Origin: a virus
Direction: 5' to 3' (one strand)
DNA length: 64,000 nt
Virus record (IMG/VR): IMGVR_UViG_3300032257_000479
Location: 32,001 to 96,000 of that record
A program made the position numbers and the translations under genes. Below the pieces are notes generated by a model. The model made no database searches. It worked only from the letters and a program-made list of their open reading frames with translations, and had not been told where the DNA came from. Positions 39,810 through 49,313 of this stretch are shown piece after piece. Every line of letters begins with the position of its first letter. Position 1 is the first letter of the stretch.

Positions 39810-40115
39810 CTACTTCTGAGACGAGGTCGGCGATGGAACAACGATAACCTCTCCAAGACTGAAAACATATTCATGATTTTCATCTAAGTTTCCGGAAACC
39901 ATCTTCATTATAAGATTTTTATCTAATATAATTCCTTGGCCAGAGGATATTTGCAGCATAGTTACAACCAATTTGCTCGCAAGCTTGCTTAGCCTTGGAT
40001 CATTACCTTTTGCTATGCGTCTTTTCAATTCCGCTGAAGGTAAAAAGACGAATTCGACATTAGGGTCTTCTATCGCATTACGAAGTTTGTTCTTTTGTTC
40101 TTGTGTTAAACTCAT
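39810..40115 (-). CDS. Hypothetical protein (possibly leaderless)
   Basis: 101 aa. A GACGATAT motif lies upstream with its C 12 nt before the ATG; no SD. Confidence 0.6.
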   Translation of the reverse strand: MSLTQEQKNKLRNAIEDPNVEFVFLPSAELKRRIAKGNDPRLSKLASKLVVTMLQISSGQGIILDKNLIMKMVSGNLDENHEYVFSLGEVIVVPSPTSSQK

Positions 40116-40121
40116 ATATTT

Positions 40122-40129
40122 ATATCGTC
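40122..40129 (-). promoter_or_regulatory. Late-promoter-like motif GACGATAT
   Basis: Same 12-nt spacing to the ATG as the 23664 copy. Confidence 0.5.
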
Positions 40130-40161
40130 ATGATAATTCTTAAAAAAACACATCACAACTA

Positions 40162-40680
40162 TTAGTTTAACTTTATGGTTGTCTTATCTTCGTTCTTTGA
40201 GCTAAAAATTAATTCTTCAACCAAAAACTTTTTGCCCAAAAATCTTTCATCGCCAACCATCTCTGAGCACTTGCCTTTTTTCACATAAGCAAGAGTTAAA
40301 TGAGCCTTATATCCAGCGTGTGTAGATGTATACGGCAAGTTTCTCAATTCCCCATTTGCGCTTACAAGCTCTTTCCCCTCTACTTCCACCTTCAAAACAT
40401 CATGCTCATCGCTTGATGTAAATTTACTTATTTTTCCAAGGGAAATTGAGAACGGATTTATTTTATCGATTATATCTCTTACATCATCAGCATTTTCTGT
40501 ATGCAATCCATACAGCACTGTTACATGTATATCATCTTCTTTCCCGCCTTCAGCCACATCAATGTCATCAATGGAAGATATTGTATTTTGGATATCTTTT
40601 TTGAGTTCACCTTTTATTCTAAGCATAACTGTTGAATAACTATGAGTCTCTGATTCTTTTATTGTTCTATACCAATTCAT
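40162..40680 (-). CDS. 2H phosphoesterase, Acb1 (anti-CBASS)-like / 2'-5' RNA ligase superfamily
   Basis: Two HxT motifs: IHVTVLYG and YKAHLTLAY. Confidence 0.85.
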   Translation of the reverse strand: MNWYRTIKESETHSYSTVMLRIKGELKKDIQNTISSIDDIDVAEGGKEDDIHVTVLYGLHTENADDVRDIIDKINPFSISLGKISKFTSSDEHDVLKVEVEGKELVSANGELRNLPYTSTHAGYKAHLTLAYVKKGKCSEMVGDERFLGKKFLVEELIFSSKNEDKTTIKLN

Positions 40681-41072
40681 GACACACTTTCCGCAAAGAG
40701 CTTTGCAAACTCTTTTGCTTGATCTAAGTCTTTTGCTTTTTCTTTGCTTATTGATTTACCAAAAGGACACGATTCTTGTGCCATATCGCCTATGCCGAAT
40801 CCATGTATAGCCCTATGACTCCAACCATACCATTTATCATCCTTTTTATCGAAAGCCACAGTAGCAACATTGCAATCTTTAGGAGACCAAAAAGATTCTG
40901 GATCAAAATCATGACCTTCGCACAATTTCATTGCAGATTCAGGTGTTCCTAAATATAAGCCATTCAAAGTCTCCGCTATATCATACTCTATTTCACTACC
41001 AAAATCACTGTTAGTTTCTTTTCTAACAATAAATGGCCTATTTTCTTTTTTTAAAGCTTCTTTAAACCACAC
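40677..41072 (-). CDS. Conserved phage protein of unknown function
   Basis: KWYGWSHRAIHGFGIG and C-terminal FAESVS, a motif set I recall from large phages. Confidence 0.6.
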   Translation of the reverse strand: MWFKEALKKENRPFIVRKETNSDFGSEIEYDIAETLNGLYLGTPESAMKLCEGHDFDPESFWSPKDCNVATVAFDKKDDKWYGWSHRAIHGFGIGDMAQESCPFGKSISKEKAKDLDQAKEFAKLFAESVS

Positions 41073-41074
41073 AA

Positions 41075-42088
41075 TTAACTTCCTGACCCGTTTTTAAATA
41101 AGTGCCTGAACCATCTAGATCGACCACCCGGCAATGTATATTCAGGAGTAACAACGGCTTTCGTTAAACCAACATATGATCCAAACTTTTTCTGTTCAAG
41201 AAGAGCCCTAAAGTCTTCTTCGAAATTTTTCTTAAGAGTTTCAAGTTGAGCGAACGCATTTTTAGCATTTTCTGGCCCACCGAATACTTCTTGAGGCTCT
41301 TGGAATTGAAGACACATAAGCAAGTGCCTTATTGCGTCCCTTGCTGCTCCGTAAAGAGTGTGAGGAATATACATATCTGGAACAGAGTATAAATTATGAC
41401 CGCTAACAGGGGGATAGTTGTTTACAGTACTTACTGCATTCTGCAAAAATCTATCAAGTTCTGCATCATCAAACCACCTAAAGTTATAATCCATATTAAC
41501 TGTATCATAATCAGTTAAAAGGTTTTCAAAAATAACTTTTCCTTTAAAGTAGTTTATTGTAGCCCCCTCTGTTACAGGTTTTCCGTTTAAGTACAAACGA
41601 GTCATCATATTCTGATTCCATCTTGGAAAATTAAAACTCACAGTCTGATTGTCTGCTTCTATTATCCCCTGTTCATCGTAAACTGGTATAGCTTGAGCAC
41701 ATGACAAGTGAACTGTTAATGCCATTCTTATAGCTGAAAGACGATCCGAATATAATGAATTTGTTAACGTTCCACTTCTAGCCGCAACTATTACTTGTTG
41801 AACTTCAGTGTATGTTACGCTATCTATAACATATGACCATGTCACAGTATATGTTCCTGCGCTTTGATCTAAAGCAACCTGCCAGTCATGTATATAAAAT
41901 CCATTAACAACCTTTTCTGGTATTCCGGAAAAAATTGATTCATCTAATTCATCTATTATATCTATTGTTATGGTTTCAGGATCGGTTGCCTGTCCCTCAA
42001 ATGTCGTAAGTCGCAAAAACAAAGTGGATGTTTGGTTTTGCTCAAACGTTCCTCTGTAATCTGCAATTGATTGAATCGGGTTAGCCAT
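41075..42088 (-). CDS. Head-tail adaptor/neck protein with N-terminal Ig-like domains
   Basis: WFDDAELDRFLQNAVSTVNNYPP...YGAARDAIRHL adaptor-like core; GTYTVTWSY Ig-like strand. Confidence 0.6.
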   Translation of the reverse strand: MANPIQSIADYRGTFEQNQTSTLFLRLTTFEGQATDPETITIDIIDELDESIFSGIPEKVVNGFYIHDWQVALDQSAGTYTVTWSYVIDSVTYTEVQQVIVAARSGTLTNSLYSDRLSAIRMALTVHLSCAQAIPVYDEQGIIEADNQTVSFNFPRWNQNMMTRLYLNGKPVTEGATINYFKGKVIFENLLTDYDTVNMDYNFRWFDDAELDRFLQNAVSTVNNYPPVSGHNLYSVPDMYIPHTLYGAARDAIRHLLMCLQFQEPQEVFGGPENAKNAFAQLETLKKNFEEDFRALLEQKKFGSYVGLTKAVVTPEYTLPGGRSRWFRHLFKNGSGS

Positions 42089-42089
42089 G

Positions 42090-42743
42090 CTATGTTATCC
42101 TTATATTGCTTGTTCCGCCAGAGCTTCCTCTTGGGCCAATTACTGGCGATGATGTATTGGGTAATTCTGTTTGATTGGTTGATAAGCCATTTATTAAAGA
42201 GATTATTTGATCAACCTTACTATCAGTTAGTTCCAGTTGGTCTTGAAGCTCAGACAATCCTTCTACATTATTTTCTATCGTAATATATGGATCTGGACAC
42301 TCAAGATCAATATCAAGATCCGTCAATGTTCTTTCTGCATTTTCCCAAACATCTTGAGCTGTAAGAGTTGTTCCTGCAACTGATTGACATCCACAAATAT
42401 CAACTTCTTGCTCACCGTCCCAATAAAACGCCATAGTACCAACCAGTGTGTCTGATTCTCTATCTGGTCCGCTACCAAGCAATCTAAAGACTTCTATGAG
42501 ATAAAAGTCTCCATTTGAGGTTTCAGGTATTGACGATAAATCCGTTATACTGTAACTATAATACCCTTTTCTTACACTATTTTCGCTTAATATTATCTGA
42601 AAATCCGACTGAGAAGAAAGGCTAATTGTGTCAAATAATCCAGATGTTGGATTAAATGCTTTAATTTTATTTGTTGCGCTAAATAAGTTTGCATAAATAT
42701 TCAGACCCGTATTGTCATTAAAACTTATTTCTAGCATAAACAC
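42090..42743 (-). CDS. Hypothetical virion protein
   Basis: 217 aa, with AQDVWENAERTLT followed by a coiled-coil-like segment. Confidence 0.55.
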   Translation of the reverse strand: MFMLEISFNDNTGLNIYANLFSATNKIKAFNPTSGLFDTISLSSQSDFQIILSENSVRKGYYSYSITDLSSIPETSNGDFYLIEVFRLLGSGPDRESDTLVGTMAFYWDGEQEVDICGCQSVAGTTLTAQDVWENAERTLTDLDIDLECPDPYITIENNVEGLSELQDQLELTDSKVDQIISLINGLSTNQTELPNTSSPVIGPRGSSGGTSNIRIT

Positions 42744-42784
42744 TTATTCCTTATGTTATGGCAAAAAACCTTGTAAATATTAAT

Positions 42785-42916
42785 CTATTCCGGGATAGGA
42801 CTCGGAGTTGGACCAGGAGTTGGGCTCGGAGTTGGAGTTGGAGTTGGAGTTGGAGTTGGAGTTGGAGTTGGGGTTGGAGCCGGAGACGAAATTATTTTTG
42901 TTGACCACCACGGCAT
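42785..42916 (-). CDS. Unannotated 43-aa Pro/Thr-repeat peptide
   Basis: The ATG overlaps the upstream TAA (TAATG). Reads MPWWSTKIISSPA(PT)8PSPTPGPTPSPIPE*. Pro codons vary synonymously outside the pure repeat. Confidence 0.7.
   Translation of the reverse strand: MPWWSTKIISSPAPTPTPTPTPTPTPTPTPSPTPGPTPSPIPE
42830..42877. repeat. Hexanucleotide tandem repeat (agttgg)7 plus one variant unit
   Basis: Seen directly. Encodes (Pro-Thr)8 on the - strand. Confidence 0.95.
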
Positions 42917-43287
42917 TATGTTAAAGTTCCTAAAATTGTTATTTGCAATTCCAATGCAGAAGAATTGCTTGTAACAATAAGTGTCAATGATTCTCCTCCA
43001 GCCCAGGTATCAGCCCCAGTTGATGCAGTATTAGCTTCAGTTGAAGTAACAGATAGGGCAGACCAGCTAGTTACGCTTGTTCCATCTATCTCAACATTCA
43101 AGGTGCAAGTTCCTGATAGTGTCTTATAGTAAATAGTATCCAATGAGCCAGCTAAAGGCATATAAAGTTCCACTCTATATGTTTTATTTTCCGCCTCCTC
43201 TATCAGGTAGCTTAACTTAACTGAATTAAGTTTATCTTGTATGCCTGGTGGCAATCCGCCTAAATTTGCTGCTGTTGAATTTGCCAT
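42916..43287 (-). CDS. Small fibre-associated beta-sandwich protein
   Basis: 123 aa; resembles the C-terminal domain type of 44359..46671. Confidence 0.55.
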   Translation of the reverse strand: MANSTAANLGGLPPGIQDKLNSVKLSYLIEEAENKTYRVELYMPLAGSLDTIYYKTLSGTCTLNVEIDGTSVTSWSALSVTSTEANTASTGADTWAGGESLTLIVTSNSSALELQITILGTLT

Positions 43288-43297
43288 AACTGTTTAT

Positions 43298-44356
43298 TTA
43301 AAGTACGTGAAATACTCTCCTTGGAGGGGTATTACTCCAAGTACCCCAAAATGTTGATTGACTACTTCCTTGATCAAACTCTTGATTTATTTCTGCGAGA
43401 GATAAAACTGAATCCGCTATCATGAACTCGCACATTTTGCCATCCATAATTCGAGTTGCATCACCTTTGCCGCCAAGAGCAAGGTCATCATTTGTAGTAG
43501 ATATCTCAGTTAAACCAGCAACCTCTGAAGTTGTCCCACTAAGCGCTCCATCTACAAACGATGCCATTTGAGGATTTGGGGAAAAGCCAGCATCAAAGCG
43601 AACTGCTACATGATACCATGTTCCAGTAGACAGGCTTGCATTAGCGCTATATTTTACCCCTGAATATTGTCCGCCTGAGTCTGTTACCATATAACCCATT
43701 CTGTCGTTTACTCCATTTGTATCATACCACATTCCAAAAGGACGACTCCCTCCATGATTGCCATCCCAAAGTATTCCGCCATCTGCATCTGTGTCAACAT
43801 TTATCCAAACCATAACAGTCGCTGTAGTCAATCCGCTCAGAACGTGAGGTATGTAAATACTATCATCAGAGCCATCCCAATCAGTTGCCGCTCCTGTTTG
43901 TCCTGTTGCTCCGCCCGCAGTAATGCCTCCAATAAAAGACAAAGCATCATTACCATTTGAGGTTCTATCCGTTCCGCCTGCATCTGGATAATATATTTGG
44001 AAATCGGATTTATAAGCATTATCGCTACCATATGTATCGGAAGTTGCATAGGAGGTATTTCCTGAAAATGGAGGATAAATCCTTACCGTCCTATCTGATT
44101 TTGTTCCAAGAGTTCCCGACCACTTTACCCGCAACCAGCCCGTCTCTGCTGAATCATCAAAATCAATCCAATCTGTAGCTAGTTCTGTTCCATCAGAATT
44201 CTTAGCGGCTCGGCCCTTTGTTCCGTCGCTTGTGTTTACCTTGGCCCACCATGCTGATGTCATTCTAGAAAGATCAATTAATAAAGAAAAATCAGTAAGA
44301 GCCGCTGATGGAGCTATACATGACTGCGTATCATATGTTGTTCTTGGTAATGCCAC
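43298..44356 (-). CDS. DUF2341-like plus LamG domain protein
   Basis: LTDFSLLIDL...WIDFDD..ETGWLRVK N-terminal part. LamG motifs TVMVWIN, TGTWYHVAV, FVDG, MDGKMCEF. Confidence 0.75.
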   Translation of the reverse strand: MALPRTTYDTQSCIAPSAALTDFSLLIDLSRMTSAWWAKVNTSDGTKGRAAKNSDGTELATDWIDFDDSAETGWLRVKWSGTLGTKSDRTVRIYPPFSGNTSYATSDTYGSDNAYKSDFQIYYPDAGGTDRTSNGNDALSFIGGITAGGATGQTGAATDWDGSDDSIYIPHVLSGLTTATVMVWINVDTDADGGILWDGNHGGSRPFGMWYDTNGVNDRMGYMVTDSGGQYSGVKYSANASLSTGTWYHVAVRFDAGFSPNPQMASFVDGALSGTTSEVAGLTEISTTNDDLALGGKGDATRIMDGKMCEFMIADSVLSLAEINQEFDQGSSQSTFWGTWSNTPPRRVFHVL

Positions 44357-44358
44357 TA

Positions 44359-46671
44359 TTAATCTCTCGTAAACTCTATTGTTATATTTATTTCATCAAC
44401 ACTTCCTGATTGAGCCGTGGTTTCTAGCCAAACCCACGATCCTGCAGGAATAGTTTCGTCATTAAAAGATGTAACCTCAGAACCAGTTGTTGTGCTTGTT
44501 GTAGTTGTGCCGCTAGTTACAACTTCTGCTCCTGTAGCGTTTCTGTCGCTATTATGGCGTATGGTCCAAGTGACTGATGGGGTAGAAGTTCCCTTTAAAA
44601 CGGCATTCATTTGAGTGACAGTTATAGCGTCATCCGTAAAAAACATTGTTACATCTTCACTCGCTCCTGGACTTTCCAATCCAATAGATTTTAAATATGG
44701 AACTACAATCGCTTCTGTGTAAAATGTTGGTCTATATGGTAAAACGTGAACAGTATTTGCATCTTCTATATAAACCAATGGATTACTATAATTGTCTGAT
44801 GGTTCAGTAGAAGTAAGCAATCCTGCTGTTATATCAGATACAAAATAATATTCTCCAACAGTTAACCCATGAGCTGTCACTGTTACTCTGCCTGCTTGAG
44901 CTAACTCGTAATCATCTGTTGCTTTTGAAACAACAATATGTGTTCCCAGCGTATCAGGATCGTCTGCTTGAGCCTTTTGCCAGTCTGATCCATCGTGGTA
45001 AACGGCATCCATAACAGCAAGCGTTGGAGAAGCTTGATTTAAATCAAATTTTACATCCGAACCGCCAGGAGCTGTTCCTGTTAGCTCTGAATAATCTACC
45101 TGCTCGCAAGTTAAAATACCTGATCCATCAGACTTCCAAACACCAGTGTCTACTATGCCTTCAGGTAATGTCCAGTACGTGTTTGCTGTTACATTGACAG
45201 GAGCCTCTAATCCTATCTCAGCGCTCCCATTATCTTGAGCTTCCCTGAAAACCATAAGACCGGCAAGTGCATCAGATGTATTTATAATTGCCGCCTTCGC
45301 CGCAAAAACAGACCACTGAGCAGTCCCTGTGAATGAAACAATATCTGCCGATACTTCTGCTGAAGAAAACACTCCAGAAATTGTTTGTCCAAAAAATAAG
45401 GCTTCTCCATCATGAGAGAGAGCTGTTGTTTGCTGAGCCCCCAATATACCTGTATGAGTTCCCCTCCAAAGACCAGAGCTTGTATCATTGACAAATGAGT
45501 GACTTGGCAATAGCTCTGTCCCATCCGCTAAAAGAATTGTATCTGATTCTTTATAGTATGTTCCAAAATCAGAAATATGACTTTCAGTTAATGGAGTATT
45601 AATCCAAGAGTCAACAGAACCCCCAACATAAACAAGAAAATCGTTATCCGAAGCAGAAGTTACTGTTATATCTGAAATATTATCAGTTGTCACAGTTCCT
45701 GTTAATTCCGAATAATCTACTTTTTCGCAAATAAGCGTTCCTGATGCATTAGACTTCCAAACGCCATCTTCTACAGAATCTGGAGGCATTAACCATACCT
45801 GGTTTGAGGACAAGGAATTAGGCGATCTTAGCCTTATTGCTGATGATCCGTTATTGGTTGCTTCAAGCAGTTCTAGCGTTCCGCCTGTAGATGATGAAGA
45901 ATTTTCAGCAGATATTTTTGCTCCAATAAATTTACAGGAGCTTGTTGTTGTTACTTCAAAGTTTGCAAGAGTCCCTATATTTACATCTGGATTTATTGCA
46001 AGATTTGGAAGCGTGCACTCTATTGCGGCTTTCCCTCCTGCGACAAAAACAATTGTATCTTGTCCAGAATAATATATTCCATTGTTGGTATCAGAAGCAA
46101 AAGCAAAGCCTGGAGCAGCTATTGTTCCATCCGCTGCAAGAATTGTGTCACCAGATTCATATCTTAAACCTAAAGCTGTATCTATTCCAGACAAGTGGCC
46201 TGAAACGTCCCCAGAAGATGGGGTATATTCTGATATGCCAAACGGTAAAGCGCTTGCTCCGGTCCCCCCTCTCAATATCCCCAATGTTCCGCTTGTTATG
46301 TCTCCTGTTGAATGACTGTGAGAGAGCGCGGCAAGGCCAGCCTCAATTGCTGTTTGATTTATCCAGTCACCTGATCCATTATCGTAAGCTAGAATCTCAT
46401 TATCCGCAGGCGTTCCGGTTATAATCACATCAGTCAAGCCATCAAGAGTTGAAGAACCGCCTGCTGGAGTTGACCAAATAAATGCGCTTGTGGCTGTATC
46501 CCATTCTAAAACTTCTCCATCAGCAGGAGTTGCAACAGGCAAAACAAGAGAATAACTTGAAGTTATTGTCGTTGGAGCGCTAACAGAAACAGTATTAGAG
46601 CCTGAATCCTCTAATACGAGAACCCCCTCATTCGTTAGCTTTATATCTGTTAAAAAATCTCTAGAAGCCAT
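44359..46671 (-). CDS. Fibre protein with internal duplication
   Basis: LDGLTDV...DNEILAYD...W fibre motifs. Two copies of DG..P..F..DT..G...GVWKS..SG.L.CE.VDYSELTGT. Confidence 0.7.
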   Translation of the reverse strand: MASRDFLTDIKLTNEGVLVLEDSGSNTVSVSAPTTITSSYSLVLPVATPADGEVLEWDTATSAFIWSTPAGGSSTLDGLTDVIITGTPADNEILAYDNGSGDWINQTAIEAGLAALSHSHSTGDITSGTLGILRGGTGASALPFGISEYTPSSGDVSGHLSGIDTALGLRYESGDTILAADGTIAAPGFAFASDTNNGIYYSGQDTIVFVAGGKAAIECTLPNLAINPDVNIGTLANFEVTTTSSCKFIGAKISAENSSSSTGGTLELLEATNNGSSAIRLRSPNSLSSNQVWLMPPDSVEDGVWKSNASGTLICEKVDYSELTGTVTTDNISDITVTSASDNDFLVYVGGSVDSWINTPLTESHISDFGTYYKESDTILLADGTELLPSHSFVNDTSSGLWRGTHTGILGAQQTTALSHDGEALFFGQTISGVFSSAEVSADIVSFTGTAQWSVFAAKAAIINTSDALAGLMVFREAQDNGSAEIGLEAPVNVTANTYWTLPEGIVDTGVWKSDGSGILTCEQVDYSELTGTAPGGSDVKFDLNQASPTLAVMDAVYHDGSDWQKAQADDPDTLGTHIVVSKATDDYELAQAGRVTVTAHGLTVGEYYFVSDITAGLLTSTEPSDNYSNPLVYIEDANTVHVLPYRPTFYTEAIVVPYLKSIGLESPGASEDVTMFFTDDAITVTQMNAVLKGTSTPSVTWTIRHNSDRNATGAEVVTSGTTTTSTTTGSEVTSFNDETIPAGSWVWLETTAQSGSVDEINITIEFTRD

Positions 46672-46672
46672 A

Positions 46673-49291
46673 TTATCCTATAATTATTGCTTTGTAAGTC
46701 ACTGATGGCGGTTTTGAAAAATTGACTGTTACAGTATTGGAATCAGTTATAACAATCTCTGCTTCTACTTGAACATCTGATGGATTATATATTGCGACAA
46801 CCACATCTGATGTACCCATACTGTGATCTATATCGAAAGTTAACAATGCTCCATTTCCAGCTATTGATGTTGTATCAATGAATTTTCTAGCAACCCTTAA
46901 TGCTATATCTGAATTATCGACAAACCATTCGTTAGCAGTTTCATTGAAGTAAATAAACGCATTTGCTGTTACGCCTCTTTCTACCTCAATACCAGCATCT
47001 ACATCTACACCTGTCGAATTTACAACGATAAAATTATCTTCAACAATAAGATTTTCTGTATTGATTGTTGTTGTAGTCCCTTCTATTAAAAGATCGCCTG
47101 TGACAGTAAAGTTTCCGGTAACAGTGCTCAATGGAGTTCCACCAGAACCGTCAAACGAGGCTATCTGTGAACCGTTTGCTGAAATTCCAACAATGCTTGT
47201 TGCCGCTAAGTACATACCGTTATCTGAATCTGTCGAAAAACTATACGTTGGAGCCGCTGCTGTTCCTGGCCCTGTTCTTAATGGAACATTGGTAACAAGA
47301 TCTGTTGATGATAATGTCATTCTCGTAGAAGCGCTTGCAGGCGTTCCTGTTGGAGCTACTCCAAATTTTAAAGAAGTTCCAGCTCCGCCTGCGCTCCAAG
47401 CTTCATTCGATTCTGCTACGACAAAAGCGCCCTCAGCGGTTGCGCCTGCTGTTGTATGGCCATAGAAGCTAATTGTGCCCAGTTCATCTCCACTAGAAAG
47501 AGGTATTTTTGAAGCCTCCGTACCACGAGATCTTATGAATCTTATATCATTGCTAACTGCTGACGAATTATAATAATGTTCCAGCAAAATAAATTTTTGA
47601 GTATTGCCATCGTTAACAAGATTGAATAGAGCATCAGATGCTCCTGCCCTATCTTTTCCTGAAACAAAACTTGACGTTATGCTAGATAAAACAATATCCC
47701 CATTAGCAAGTTTTATGTCTGTTCCGTCAAACGTGAAATCAGCATCGCTTGTCAAAGTGTCTGAATCGCTCCATGTTGCTACTCTGTTCGTTGCACCTGA
47801 TCCATCGATTCCGCCTGAAGCATCTATAGTTAAAGTTCCAGCTCCGTCATCATAAGTGAGGGTAATATTAGTTCCTTGTGTAAGAAGGGAGTCAACTCTA
47901 TCATCAACTCTTTCGTCTGTGTAATAAAGGTTTGAGCCCTCAGTTAAATCTCCGGTATCAAAACTTGAAAGAGAAACATTTCCTGTTAAAGTGTTTGAGC
48001 CATCAACATAAGTCCAAGTAAGACCTGTTCCATCCTGTATAAGGGCCGACACTCTGTCATCAACTCTTTCGTCTGTAAAATAGAGATTAACTCCCTCAGG
48101 TATGGTTGTTGTTGATATAGTTGCCCAACTTGGATCAGAACCGTCGGATAATATAAATTGACCAACAGAGCCAACAGCAAGGCGAACGGCATTCCCAGAT
48201 GCGTCTTGAACTAATAAGTCTCCCCTTGTTGTTAGGCCAGAAAGATTATCCAATGCCGCTTGTTGCGTTGAAGCTCCTGTTCCGCCATCAGCGATAGCTA
48301 TGTCAGTTCCATTCCAAACACCTGTAGTTATTGTTCCCACAGTTGTTATTTCAGCTTGAAAATTTGCAAATGTCGTCTTTTTATTAGTAGCTATTGCTGT
48401 TATATCCCAGAATGGAACAAAGTCCCCATCGGCTATTGTTGCAACAACGAGAGAATTAATGTCTAAAGACATATCAGTTAAACCAACTGCCAACCCATTA
48501 CCGGCTCCAATATTTATTGTGCTACCTGAAGAGGAAAGACCTACTCCTGCTGTATCAAAATAAGTGCCCAGATCAGTTATGTCAGATTCAACGAGCGGTC
48601 TTTCTTCAAAGCCTTCGCCATCTCTTACTAAAACATCTCCATTATTATCAGTAATAGTGCTAATGATTGGAATATCGCCATCAACATCATTTAAAGTTAC
48701 TATACCCCCAGCAGTTCTTTGTGAAGCAAAAGTATGTCTTCCGCCAATACCTGTTATGGACAAATCATCAAACTGATTAGCCGCTGACCAAAGCTGCGGA
48801 GCATCTAATAATCCTACATTACTAGACAATCTGTCATCATTTATTGTTCCGCTTGTTATATCTTCGCCTGCATGAACATGACTCCCAGAAGCAACAGGTA
48901 TCCAGGCATCAACTGATCCACCAACATATTGAAGTATTTCCCCGTCCGCAGGAGGATCTGACATATCAATAGCATATCCATCTATTTGATTCGCATTAAC
49001 AATCCCTAATCCTGAAAAAGTAAGAGAACCTCCAGAACCAACAGTTAAAGTTTCGGTAGTGTTTGTTGATGTTGTTACACCGGAAAAAGCAACATTAGAT
49101 GCTGCTGCAGAAGACATTGATATCCAAGATGATCCATTATAGAAAAATGGCGTATTAGATCCTGTGTCATAATAAAATTGCCCAGCAACCTCTGTTGCAA
49201 CGCTTGGAGCTGCCCCAAGATTATGAAACACACCAAATTGTATTTCATTCTGGTTTAAATCTATATCTACAAAAAAATCTCTATTTGCCAT
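46673..49291 (-). CDS. Fibre protein
   Basis: NLY[FY]TDERVDDRV x2; IAIADGGTGAS; GTTTTINTENLIVEDNFI; C-terminal HSMGTSDVVVAIY domain. Confidence 0.75.
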   Translation of the reverse strand: MANRDFFVDIDLNQNEIQFGVFHNLGAAPSVATEVAGQFYYDTGSNTPFFYNGSSWISMSSAAASNVAFSGVTTSTNTTETLTVGSGGSLTFSGLGIVNANQIDGYAIDMSDPPADGEILQYVGGSVDAWIPVASGSHVHAGEDITSGTINDDRLSSNVGLLDAPQLWSAANQFDDLSITGIGGRHTFASQRTAGGIVTLNDVDGDIPIISTITDNNGDVLVRDGEGFEERPLVESDITDLGTYFDTAGVGLSSSGSTINIGAGNGLAVGLTDMSLDINSLVVATIADGDFVPFWDITAIATNKKTTFANFQAEITTVGTITTGVWNGTDIAIADGGTGASTQQAALDNLSGLTTRGDLLVQDASGNAVRLAVGSVGQFILSDGSDPSWATISTTTIPEGVNLYFTDERVDDRVSALIQDGTGLTWTYVDGSNTLTGNVSLSSFDTGDLTEGSNLYYTDERVDDRVDSLLTQGTNITLTYDDGAGTLTIDASGGIDGSGATNRVATWSDSDTLTSDADFTFDGTDIKLANGDIVLSSITSSFVSGKDRAGASDALFNLVNDGNTQKFILLEHYYNSSAVSNDIRFIRSRGTEASKIPLSSGDELGTISFYGHTTAGATAEGAFVVAESNEAWSAGGAGTSLKFGVAPTGTPASASTRMTLSSTDLVTNVPLRTGPGTAAAPTYSFSTDSDNGMYLAATSIVGISANGSQIASFDGSGGTPLSTVTGNFTVTGDLLIEGTTTTINTENLIVEDNFIVVNSTGVDVDAGIEVERGVTANAFIYFNETANEWFVDNSDIALRVARKFIDTTSIAGNGALLTFDIDHSMGTSDVVVAIYNPSDVQVEAEIVITDSNTVTVNFSKPPSVTYKAIIIG

Positions 49292-49313
49292 GACTGTTAC
49301 CTCTGCATATTAT

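Noticed and set aside
42800-42880. Tandem repeat as a CRISPR array or telomere-like tract
   Set aside because: A 6-bp unit with no spacers; it is explained by a Pro-Thr coding frame.
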